Assembly: GCF_000143415.4 (NCBI RefSeq)
Contig: NW_003314290.1
Span: 921,586-985,585, forward strand
Length of the DNA stretch: 64,000 nt
Direction: 5' to 3'
Source: Selaginella moellendorffii
Taxonomy: Eukaryota > Plantae > Lycopodiophyta
Shown: one piece after another, positions 12,680-23,339 of the stretch
Numbering within the stretch: the first letter of the stretch is position 1
Layout of the letters: every line of letters begins with the position of its first letter
Translations under genes and position numbers: made by a program
Notes under the pieces: generated by a model
What the model was told of the DNA's origin: nothing
The model's input: only the letters and a program-made list of their open reading frames with translations
Database searches by the model: none

Positions 12680-14566
12680 ATGTGGCAGCGCGCCTCTAGA
12701 TCTAGATCACGCCGTGGCTTCTTCTCTCCATCGCTTCTCAAGGATGAGCTCGCCGACGAGGCCAGCGCCATCGCCAGGGAGCTCGAGGCCTGCGCGGCCG
12801 AGCGCGATCTCTCCCGCGGCAGGGATTTGCACTCGCAGATCATCGATCGCCACGGCAGGAGCACGCTCCTCGCCAATCTCCTCGTCCACATGTACCACAA
12901 GTGCTCCAGCATCGAGGAGGCGCGATCGGCATTCGATTCCATGGCGGCGCCGCGCAACGTCTTCTCCTGGAACATCATCATCGCGGGGTATGCCCAGGCC
13001 GGGGATCTGGACGAGGCCAAGAACCTGTTCGATCGATCGGCGACGCGAAATATCGTCACCTGGACGACGATCTTCCAGGCGTTCGTGCGATCCCGGCGCT
13101 GCGGCGACGCGATCGCGGTGTTCTTGCGGATGCCGTGCCACAACGCCGTGGCGTGGACGTCGGTGGTGGCGCTCTACGCCGGTGGCGGCGAGTTCTCCCT
13201 CGCCAAGGTCATGTTTGATTCCTCGCCCGAGCGGGAGCTAGTGATCTGGAACGCGATGATCACTGGCTTTGGCCAGGCCAGATTCGCTCGAGAATCCAAG
13301 GAGTTCTTCGATCGAATGCCGCAGCGCGATCTCATCTCGCTCAACGGGATCCTCCACGCCTACGGCCAGTCAGGGCAATCCACCGCCGCCAAGGATCTCT
13401 TCGACGCCATGCCCGATCGCAACGTGGTGTCCTGGACGGAGATGATCCTGATGCACGCGCAGTGCGGCGATCCCAGCGCCGCGCAGGAGGCCTTCGATCG
13501 AATGCCGCGAAGAACCCTAGTCTCCTGGAACGTGATGTTCCACTGCCACGCGCTGGGTGGCGAGCAATCGGGCATGATCCAGGCGCGATCACACGCACGG
13601 CAGCTCGCGGCGACGAAGCAGCTCTTCGAATCCATGCCTGAGCGCGACGAGGTGTCGTGGAACAGCATGATCCAGTGCTGCGTGGAGAGATCCCAGCTCG
13701 AGCTCGCGCGGGCGCTCTTCTCGCGGATGCCCCGGAGGGATCTACCGTCGTGCACGGCGATCATCCAGGCCAGCGCCGAGGCTGGAGACTTGGATCAAGC
13801 GATCGCGATGGCGGAATCCATGCCGGTGCAAGACATCGTCGCGGAGACCGCGATCTTCTCAGCATATGCCCGGTTTGGGCATCTCGATCGCGCAAAGTCA
13901 CTCTTCGATCGAATCCCCGGGAAGGATGTCGTCGCCTGGAACACGCTCATCGCATCGCACGCTCAGAATAACAGCCCCCAGATTGCCGCTTCGATCCTCT
14001 CCAAGATGCCGCTATGGGATCTAGTCTCTTGGAACGCTGCCGTCGCAGCAAATGCCCAGAACGGGCATCTTGCCGACGCGAAGGAGATTTTCGATGCTAT
14101 GCCCGCTCGCAACCTCCTCTCCTGGAACGCGCTGCTCTCCGGAATCGGGCAGAACGGGCACGGCGATCGCGCGCCGGATCTCTTCTTCGCGATGCTGCTC
14201 GATGGCGTGATCCCAGACAGCGTCGCGTTCTTGAGCGTGCTCAATGGCTTCAGCCACGGTGGGCAGCTGGAGATGGGCTGCCAGTGCCTGGGCGCGATGA
14301 GGGCGGAATATGGCGTGGATCCGGCGCCCGAGCACTGGAGCTGTGTCGCGGACATGCTGGGGCGAGCGGGATTGCTGAGCCAGGCGGAGGAGATCATCGA
14401 GGCAATGCCGGGATCGCCAGACTCGGTTGTGTGGAGAGCTCTTCTCAGTGCTTGCAGCGTTCACAGAGATGTTGCTCGCGGGGCGAGAACCGCGGAGATG
14501 GATTCCAGGGCGAGCGATGGCGGCGCTCATATCTTAATGTCTAACATCTACATGGATAACGTCTAG
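12680..14566 (+). CDS. PLS-class pentatricopeptide repeat protein with E extension (no DYW)
   Basis: Repeated FDxMPxRxxVSWNxMI motifs; HWSCVADMLGRAG..PDSVVWRALLSACSVH E-domain; ends at ILMSNIY. Intronless. Confidence 0.93.
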   Translation: MWQRASRSRSRRGFFSPSLLKDELADEASAIARELEACAAERDLSRGRDLHSQIIDRHGRSTLLANLLVHMYHKCSSIEEARSAFDSMAAPRNVFSWNIIIAGYAQAGDLDEAKNLFDRSATRNIVTWTTIFQAFVRSRRCGDAIAVFLRMPCHNAVAWTSVVALYAGGGEFSLAKVMFDSSPERELVIWNAMITGFGQARFARESKEFFDRMPQRDLISLNGILHAYGQSGQSTAAKDLFDAMPDRNVVSWTEMILMHAQCGDPSAAQEAFDRMPRRTLVSWNVMFHCHALGGEQSGMIQARSHARQLAATKQLFESMPERDEVSWNSMIQCCVERSQLELARALFSRMPRRDLPSCTAIIQASAEAGDLDQAIAMAESMPVQDIVAETAIFSAYARFGHLDRAKSLFDRIPGKDVVAWNTLIASHAQNNSPQIAASILSKMPLWDLVSWNAAVAANAQNGHLADAKEIFDAMPARNLLSWNALLSGIGQNGHGDRAPDLFFAMLLDGVIPDSVAFLSVLNGFSHGGQLEMGCQCLGAMRAEYGVDPAPEHWSCVADMLGRAGLLSQAEEIIEAMPGSPDSVVWRALLSACSVHRDVARGARTAEMDSRASDGGAHILMSNIYMDNV

Positions 14567-14711
14567 AGGTTAACGAAGCATCAAAGTGAGTATATTCTGT
14601 TTTTCGAATTCACAAGTTCCCGCGAGTATCAAAACTGAGCTAGAAGAAATGCTTTACACATGAGCCATCGATCTTCCGAGCTATCTAGATCTCGATCTAC
14701 GGTCATCCATC

Positions 14712-15656
14712 CTAGAATTCCTGGGTATTGGGCGATGGTGGAGGTACCACCACATAGCGCTGTGGAGTAGCGAGATTGCCCCCATTTCGCGGTGGAAACT
14801 GCGAGATCTTGGGCGGAGGAGGGAGCGGAGTCGTGTGAGCGACGCCCATGACCGGCAAAGCTTTCTCGTCATCGCACTCGCACCGGAACCCCTGGATGAA
14901 TTCGGCCCACACATCCTCCGTCTTGGGGTAGTAATCGTCGTGGAAAGGATTGGTCCGGCCATCCCTCGCGAATCCAAAGTCGAGCACGAACACCTGGAGC
15001 CGCGGCGATCCCCAGCGTCGCCCGACCACGTACTGGACATCGTTGCAGCTGAGATCCATGCGCCGCGCGGCTCCGACCAGCCTGCCCATGTCCCTGGCCA
15101 CCGCCGGGACGTCCAGGCCCAGGCACTCGCTCGCCTCTCGTGCTAGAACACACGGCGCCTTGAAGAAGATATCCGGCGGCGGAAGAACGAAGAGGCCGAG
15201 CTGGAGCTTCCACACCCGATTCGACTGGAGGAGCTCCGCCCAGCGCGGATCGTCCGGGTAGTAGCGCGCCTTGAGCGCCTCCAGCTCGCAACGCTCCGGC
15301 CCGAAGATCCTTTCCATGGCGATGATGCCGTCGCAGAAGGGCCGCTGCTCCGTGTGGCTGCGAAGCCAATCGCGTTCCTTGGCGCCGCCAACCAGGCTGT
15401 AGAGGACAAGATCCTTGCCGCTGCGAAGCACCGCGTAGGGCATCGGGACGCCGACGGCCTTGAGATCCATGTCGAACACTGCCTGGTGGAGCCGCTGCGC
15501 CGTCTCGGCCTCCTCCTTGAGCTCCTCGTAGGGAATGCGCTTGGCGCCCGGCTTGACGCCATCGCCGTGAAGGAGCTTGAGCGCGACACCGGCGCCGCCA
15601 TCGTAGACAATGCCGAAATCGCCACGCCCTAGGCGCTGGAGCTCCGCGTCCGCCAT
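14712..15656 (-). CDS. Atypical protein-kinase-like protein resembling the DUF3669 family
   Basis: GxGxxG loop (LGRGDFGIVY), VALK, alphaC Glu (LKEEAE), hinge IAMERI, NDVQYVVG, VLDFG, FHDDYYPK, VWAEF. Intronless and GC-rich. First ATG at 15656. Confidence 0.7.
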   Translation of the reverse strand: MADAELQRLGRGDFGIVYDGGAGVALKLLHGDGVKPGAKRIPYEELKEEAETAQRLHQAVFDMDLKAVGVPMPYAVLRSGKDLVLYSLVGGAKERDWLRSHTEQRPFCDGIIAMERIFGPERCELEALKARYYPDDPRWAELLQSNRVWKLQLGLFVLPPPDIFFKAPCVLAREASECLGLDVPAVARDMGRLVGAARRMDLSCNDVQYVVGRRWGSPRLQVFVLDFGFARDGRTNPFHDDYYPKTEDVWAEFIQGFRCECDDEKALPVMGVAHTTPLPPPPKISQFPPRNGGNLATPQRYVVVPPPSPNTQEF

Positions 15657-15790
15657 AGCCAGACCAAAGAAGCACAAGAAACACAAAAACACACAAGAGC
15701 CCTAGAGAAGCTTATGTGATGCTTGCGTGGAAAGGTCACTCCACGTGGCAGGCAAGCATAAAACTGCGTGGTGAAAGCGTTTGCCCTAGA

Positions 15791-16979
15791 ATGGCGATGG
15801 AGCTAGAGTTGAGGCCAGAGCAGCGAGAATGGTGCCGCCAAGCGTCTCTTCTTCTCAAGAACAAGTCCTCCCACCAGGCGAAGAGCGAATATCGTAAGTT
15901 TTCCCTTGATTTTATGGATCGATCGATCGATCAATCCTTTTTTTCTTTCTCAGAGGAGCTCGTCACTCTCCAGGCGCAAGAACTTCTCCATTCCTCCGCG
16001 GCAGATCACCCTCACTGCCGCAGCGCCACCAGAGTTGTGCTGCAAGGCAGCTCCCCCTCTTTCATCAACGCGAATTTCATCACTTCCAATGCCATTTGCG
16101 GCGGGCAGCCGGATTCACCTCTCCATTTCTGGGAGATGGTAGTGCAATGCAACTGTCGCGCGATCGTCAAGCTCACGGAGGTGGGTCAGTGAATAGTTTT
16201 CGATCGAGAGCAAAGATTATAGTTTCTTTTCTCTCGAGATCGAGAAGTTCTTGTTCTAGACTCTATAGACTTACACGATCTGTGGCAGGACTTGGCTGGC
16301 GAATACTTTCCACTGAGGCCGGGAGAATCACAAGTCTATGGTAGGATCAAGATCATCAACCGGAGCTCCTCGCGCAGCATTAACGACGTTACGAGGCGGC
16401 TTCTCCAAGTGGAGTGCGATGATCAAAGCTTCACGCTCGAGCACTGGCAGTACTCGTGGTCCGACTTTGGTGTTCCCAAAAGAATAGAACCGATCCAGGA
16501 AATGTTCGCTGCTCTCTACAAGCTCCCGCCGGGCTGCTCCTACTTCATCCACTGCAGGTTTGTTCTTGTTTTCTCGACTAGTTTGTCTAAGACCTTGGGG
16601 TTTGCTTCACAGGGCTGGGATTGGCCGCGCTGGAACATTTGTCACACTCGATCACGTACTGAGAAGCATTCTCAGCGGTGATCTTAGCGTGGTAAACATC
16701 TCACACACAGTGGCTCGGCTTCGACAGCAGCGGCGTGGATTGGTGGAGACGGATGTAAGTCTCTCATCTACTTTTATTCCTGTTACTTAGAGAGAGCTAT
16801 TTGTTTTAGATTTGCTTAGAGATTTAAAGTTTGCTCGTTTCTTAAGATTAAGTTTTTCGCAGGAGCAATACTGGTTTTGTTTCCGGGCAGTCATCAAGAT
16901 CCTCGAGTTCCTCATGTTTTCAGCGCAACCAAAGACGGAGGTGAAATTCTTCGCTGGCACGAGACAAGTCGAGGTGTAA
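15791..16979 (+). CDS. Classical-fold protein tyrosine phosphatase (divergent), about 5 exons
   Basis: FINANFI, FWEMVVQ..IVKLT, EYFP, WSDFGVP (WPD loop), spliced HCR|AGIGRAGTF (CX5R), LRQQRRGLVETD|EQYWF. Confidence 0.88.
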
Positions 16980-17571
16980 CAAATCAATTATGTAAATTAC
17001 TGCGGATGATAAAAAAAAAAATTAAAAAAATCTGACTTTAAGGTAAAATGTAAGGTAATGCATATTTCTAACAAGTGATAAGCTAGGCCCATGAACAATG
17101 ACTTACATGTGTCAAATTAAAAAGCATTACTTTAATTTGATTTAGGTTAATATTAAAGAAGTGTTTGATTGTTCAAGAAAGAAACAGATGTGCTTGGGAT
17201 CCGATCAAGGCGGATTTTTGGAGTTGTAAAGGTGGTAAAACTTAATCTGTATCAAATTAGGGCATCTTCCAGTATCAAATCGAGCCCCCGAAAAGCGAGG
17301 CCCGCGTAGACTTTCTTGATTCGCACCCCCGCATGTTCCGGGGGGCGATGGCAACGTAAAGACGAAAGATGAGAAAAGAAAGATCCCTATAATGCTGTCC
17401 AGCAGAGTGCGCTGGGCTTCACTGTAAAATCCCCGTTGTTGCATGCGAGGGCGTGGCGTGGTGCTGGCCAAGAGGACTTTGTTTCTGATTTGACTCGATT
17501 AACTCGAGACTATCAGCCTCGTGATCTCGTGCGCGTGATTTCTCCCCGAGAGAGCTAGAGGACTCGTGACG

Positions 17572-19963
17572 ATGGCGGCGTTTCATCCCTTTCGAGGCAT
17601 CTCTCGGGATTTCCATGGCAGATTGGACGTTTATGGGCGAGATTGGAGAGATGGTCTCAAGGCCGGATCCGATTTCCTGAGGTTCGAGCTGCTATTGGAA
17701 GAATTCTGCGTGATTTCGATCTTGTTTGGCGCAGGATCTTGGCTCCAACCACGTACATTTTCTTCGCCTCGGCTCTTCCTGTCATAGCTTTTGGCGAGCA
17801 GCTCCAAAGTGACACAGGTTTGCGTTTGAAAATTTGGCCAATCTCTTTTCCAGCCTTTTGAGGAGTTCTTCCTTTTTCTTATTTTCTTGCGCTCTTTTTC
17901 TTTGTTCCAGATGGTGCTTTGACGACTGCGCATTCTTTAGCTTCCACTGCCCTGTGTGGAATTTTGCAATCTCTGGCTGGAGGCCAGCCTTTGCTCGTTC
18001 TTGGAGTTGCCGAGCCGACTGTTATAATGTATGGTTTCATGTATAGCTTTGCAAAGAAGAACAGGGGTCTCGGCTTGCCACTCTTTCTTCCTTGGATGAC
18101 CTGGTGAGCAATTGGTTGTTTTTGTTGTTTGTATACAATTTCTTCTTTTTATTCTTACAGGGTTTGTATTTGGACCTCCTTGATCCTGTTTGTTCTAGCA
18201 ATTTTCAATGCCTGCTCTCTCATCAATCGTTTCACTCGGATGGCCGGAGAAGTTTTTGGAAGTCTCATCGCGCTTCTCTTTATGCAGCAAGCCATCAAGG
18301 TTTCTATATGTTTGACAGCTACCGGAGAGGAAGAACTTCTAACTTATGAACTCTCTTGCTTTCCAGGGAGCCATTGGAGAGTTTCGAAAGCCCGACGAGG
18401 ATGGCCTACACTTGGATTTCTCGTGGCGATTTGGAAATGGAACACTTGGCCTGGTGCTGTCGTTTGGATTTCTCTGGACGGCCATGAAGAGCAGGCGAGC
18501 AAGGTTTTGGAGATATGGAACAGGTGGAAATTTAAGAAGAACAAACATATCGCACAACGTTCTTATTCGTGCTTTTCTCGGCAGGATTTCTGCGAGGATT
18601 TATAGCTGACTATGGTGTGCCTCTCATGGTCGTGCTGTGGACCGCAATTTCTCTTGTACCCTCGAGATCTGGAGGTGTTCCAAGTGGAGTTCCTCGCCGC
18701 ATCTCAAGTCCCGACGCTTGGTCACACAAAGCATCAGGGAACTGGCTGGTTCTCCAGGTGGGATCAATATCTTCTTCCTGTTTTCTTACAAAACCTTTGC
18801 CTTGAATTTGGATCTATGCCTTCTCCCAGGATCTTCTCAAAGTTCCAACCGAGTTTATCTTTGGTGCCATCGTCCCGGCTTGCATGATCGCTTTGCTTTA
18901 CTGCTTTGACCACAGTGTAGCGTCGCAAATGGCTCAGCAGGAAGACTTCAACTTACAAAAGCCCACTGCGTATCACTACGATCTTTTTCTTCTAGCAGCA
19001 ATGGTAAGAAATGATTTGATTTTCATTGCCTTATCGTTTAATTTGATCCACGTGAGTATATTTTCTACAGGTTTTGGTGTGTGGACTACTAGGAATACCA
19101 CCTTCGAATGGAGTGCTTCCACAATCTCCAATGCATACAGCGAGCCTTGCTTCTCTAAAACATCAGGTTTCCCAGAAATTTCTTTCAATATTGTGTGTTG
19201 TTATTAACGATATGCGAACTTCATTGTAGATTTTACGAGAAAAACTTGTCAAGGTTGTGGATGGTTGGAATGGATCATCTCAAGAACTGAGCCAGCGTCT
19301 CCAAGAACTAGTCGAGAAAGAAACAAGAACACGACAACCGAATCTAGAGTCTCATGTAAGAGTTTCAATCAAGCCTTGTGTTGGTGATCCTTGTTTTTGT
19401 TAATAGGATTTCACGTGCGAGGTGGAGCGAATTGAGAAACACATTGACGCGATGATTCCCACAGCGCTGGACGAGCAAAGGGTCAGCAACTTGATCCAAT
19501 CGTCTCTAGTCGGGATTTGCGTGGTTGCAATGCCCGCGATCAGAAAGATTCCAACTTCGGTCCTCTGGGGATACTTTGCATTCATGTCAATCGAAAGTCT
19601 TCCAGGAAACCAGTTCTGGGAAAGATTCAAGCTTCTCTTCACTGCTCCAAACAAGCGATACATGTAAGTTTCAATCACTTGTCCTTGGTTTCTCTACAAT
19701 CTTTCTAACTGTTAAGAACTTCTACCAGGGCTGTGGAAGAAGGCCACTTACCATTCCTCAAAGTCGTCCCTTTCAAGGCAATCATAGGCTTCACCGTGTT
19801 CCAGCTCGTATATCTTGCGGCCTGCTTTGGGATCACTTGGATACCAATCGCTGGAGTTTTGTTTCCAGTGCTCTTCATTCTGCTAATTCCAATCCGGCAA
19901 TTCATTCTTCCAAAATTTAACTCCTCTCTTAAAGAATTGGATGTTGCAACATATGAAGCTTAA
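17572..19963 (+). CDS. BOR: Borate exporter (BOR/SLC4 family), multi-exon
   Basis: [95 protein letters not shown]. Confidence 0.95.
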
Positions 19964-20014
19964 ATTCAAAGACAAAGATTTAGAGTTTAAGGTTTAGTGT
20001 TTATAGTTTCTCCC

Positions 20015-20088
20015 ATAGCCGTTCCTCCTAAAACCTTGATTGTCAGGGAGCTGACAGTCATGGAGATTGGGCAGTGATTTTGCTGTAT
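20015..20088 (+). pseudogene. Decayed 5' fragment of the SURF2-like gene
   Basis: Aligns by eye to about 23340-23418 with ATG>ATA and many CG>TG/CA changes. Confidence 0.8.
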
Positions 20089-20297
20089 AAGGTTCAAATT
20101 AATAGAAGTTAACTTCAACTAATTTGCAATAGTTTATGAAAACGGAATCGTTTTCAAGAAAAATAATTAATAAATTAATTACTTTCTCTTATCTATAAAT
20201 TCATATATATTTAAATTCTCACAACCCAATAATTTGCCTATACGCCCATATATCTAAATCTAACATTGACATTCACAAAACATAAAATCAATACCTA

Positions 20298-20422
20298 AAA
20301 ATTGATCATAAGAACCACTTTACAAAACTATATCATATCAAAACTGATCATAAAAGCCACTTTATATATTTATATCATATCAAAATTGATCATAAAAACC
20401 ACTTTATATATCTATATCATAT
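20298..20422. repeat. 42-bp tandem repeat x3
   Basis: tgatcata recurs at 20303, 20345 and 20387 with shared aaccacttta..tatatcatatc. Confidence 0.85.
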
Positions 20423-21769
20423 TGTTTTTAAGATCTAATATGAAGGCAAAGATGAAAAAGACTTTGAAAAAAGAGTTAAAAAGTTCTTGAAATTGTTGGG
20501 AAAGAAGAAAATAAATGCTTAGCATTGTGTATTATAAATTTGTTACCACTTAATATAAATTGGATGATAATGGTATTATAATGTCAAGTAATAAGGAATT
20601 TTTTTTAATACTTGATTTACATGTCATTTTCCTTATTCTACAACCCTTTTTTCAAAATTTAATTGGTAAACTCTCAAGGAAATAATATATTAATACTAAT
20701 TTAGCATTTAATGGATCACTTATTGAGAATCTAATTGAAACTATTATAATGCTATTACTTGCTTCTTTAATGATGAAAATGAATTGGCTAAAGTAGAATG
20801 AAAAATTTAATTGCTTATAATCATGTGGTAATTAAAGTTTTATAGATTTAGATATTTAATATCTTGAAAAAATCTCACTTATAGCTCTTCATCCACCTTG
20901 GGATATTTACCCCCAAATGTGATTTCAAGACCACATCAGCTTCACACTTAGTTTAAGTGCTTCACATGTTTAATCTCACTTCTGACATTTAAAGGTACCA
21001 CCAATATCTTAGTCTATTATGTTAAAGTTATATCTATTTATTTTTATTTAATTGGTAGTCCAAAACCACCCATAACACAATCTTGTCTCTCCAAGACTGA
21101 GCCATCCATTCATGAGTGGTTATTTCATGATCATACCTTAGCATTTTTAAAATACTTTAAAACATAAGGAACACCATCCTGTAATATTCCTCCTTTAATC
21201 CCCACTAAATCCTTTTCCATCCATGGTAATGTTTGCTAACACTACCATTGGTCTAAGGCCTAAAAATTTATTTACTAAACCCCACTAACCTTTGGGACTT
21301 CTTCACCACATGACTATACTTTTGGTCACTAAATAAGAAATATATTCTCTTTCTTTCTATGGTCTGGGACTCTATGATGATATTTTAAAACACTATAGTG
21401 TAATGTGAGTTTTATGAGTACTCTTCCCACTTTCCATTACTAAAGTGCCCCAACCATGTGGCTAGAGTGAAGTTTTGATAATTTACACAATAGATAATGC
21501 CCCTTACACTTGGATTGAGAGTATTGACCATCTAATTTTTTAAAGAAGTTAAAATTAGCTTTGAAACACTTTATTAAGTTATCCCCCTTATTCATCCATA
21601 TTCACTCTAACTTTGGACTACTCAATAATTATATCATCACTTGTAGCTTTCCTTGGTTACATTAGCTTTTGCTAGCCAAATTAGTTTTATTAGAGTCCTC
21701 CCCTCTACTATCTCATAAGGATTATTAAACCCTTTAGGGTTTGGGAAACAATCACTTTTGGCTTTCACT

Positions 21770-22150
21770 CTCAGAGTTGGATTTTAACTTTAGACTTTAG
21801 TTTGAACTTAGACTCAAATTCATATTTGGACTTAGTTTTAGCCCTGGTCTTGGTTTTGATTTTGGTCTTAGTCTAGGTCACGGTCTTGATCTCAATCTCA
21901 GTCTTAGACCCAATCTTAGACTTCTTCTCAGACTCTATCTTGGACTCCATCTCAAATTCCTTTTCGAACTTTATTTTAGACTCTTTCTCAGACTCCACTT
22001 TTGACTCTTTATTGAACTCCATTTCAGACTCCATCTCAAACTCCTTTTCAGATTCTTTCTCAGACTTTTTTTCAATTTTTTTCTCGGACTCTATTTTTGA
22101 CTCTTTATCAGATTCCATTTTAGACTCTTCAAACTTCGTTTTGGGCTCAG
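21770..22150. repeat. Degenerate 12-bp (6-bp subunit) tandem array
   Basis: Periodic agactc/ttttca units; translate as (ESEK/ESKI)n on the minus strand. Confidence 0.75.
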
Positions 22151-22540
22151 TCCTAACACTTATTATATGTTAGTGATGTTTTTGTCCCCTTTTTAAAACT
22201 CATCACTTTATGTTTATTCTTTGAACACTTTTTTAGGAGTTCCACCCCTGCTCTTAACTTTCTGAATTAGAGTTTTTAATCTAAACTTATTATGCTCATT
22301 TAATTTCTGCTTTAGCCACTACCATATAACACACTTTAAGCTCCACTTTAGGGCTTAAAGATTTGTATTTCACAAGGATTGACTACTGACTTTGGGGTAC
22401 CAAACTAGGCTTCAAGTGGGTGCATCCAGACAAAACCACCTACTACCTTGGATTTAAAGCTGGATAGCACTATGACTAAAAATCTCAAAATTGCAAAGCA
22501 ATCATAAAACTAAGAAACCAACTTAAGTTCTAGGCAAGTA

Positions 22541-23320
22541 GAGCAAGCAAGTAAGACTTTGGAGATATGGAACAGGTAAAAATTTAAGAAGAACAAATGA
22601 GCCTTGCTTCTCTAAAACAACAAGTTTCCCTGAAATTTCTTTCAATATTTATGTGTTATAATTAATGATATGCGAATTTCATTATAAATTTTTTGTGAAA
22701 AACTGATGGTTGGAAACAATCATCTCAAGAACTGAGCCAGCGTCTCCAAGAAATAGTCGAGAAAGAAACAAAAACAAAACAATTGAATCTAGAGCCTCCA
22801 AGCCTTGCATTCGTGATCCTTGTTTTTGTTAATAGGATCTCACTTGCAAGATTGATAAACACATTGACGCGATGATTCCCACAGTGCTGGACGAGCAAAG
22901 GGTCAGAAACTTGGTCCAATCATCTCTAGTTGGGATTCCTGCGATCAGAAAGATCCCAACTTCGGTCCTCTGGGGTGTCTTTGCATTCATGTAAATTGAA
23001 AGTCTTCCAGGAAACCAGTTCTGGGAAAGATTCAAGCCTCTCTTCACTGCTCCAAGCAAGCAATACATGTAAGTTTCAATCACTTCTCCTTGGTTTCTCT
23101 ACATTCTCAACTGTTGGAACTTCTACAAGGGCTGTGGAAGAAGGCCACTTACCATTCTTCAAAGTTCAAGGCAATCCTGGGCTTCTGTTCCGGCCTGCTT
23201 GGGATCACTTGGATACCAATCGCTGGAGTTTTGTTCCCAGTGCTCATGCTGCTACGGCAGTAGATTTAACTCAAATTCAAAAAAAGGGCTTAAGGTTTAG
23301 GGTTTCATAGTTTCCCATAA
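22541..23320 (+). pseudogene. Partial, decayed duplicate of the BOR gene 3' half (introns retained)
   Basis: Matches 18489-18545 joined to 19141-20020, with internal deletions, frameshifts and a stop (ttcatgtaa). Intron sequence is copied, so this is a DNA-level duplication. Confidence 0.92.
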
Positions 23321-23339
23321 GCCCTAAATTTTATTTCTG

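Larger units (their letters stand above)
20090..22540. mobile_element. AT-rich, CpG-depleted degenerate insertion (TE remnant, family unresolved)
   Basis: Abrupt composition shift with almost no CG dinucleotides and internal tandem repeats. Lies exactly between the two copies of the BOR/SURF2 duplication. No intact TE ORF recognised. Confidence 0.5.

Noticed and set aside
17048-17053. AUG-stop boron-sensing minimal uORF upstream of BOR
   Set aside because: About 520 nt upstream, in the AT-rich 3' region of the PTP gene; unlikely to be in the BOR 5'UTR and common by chance.
21873-22173. E/S/K-rich and S/D/F-rich ORFs
   Set aside because: By-products of a 12-bp tandem repeat within the degenerate insertion.
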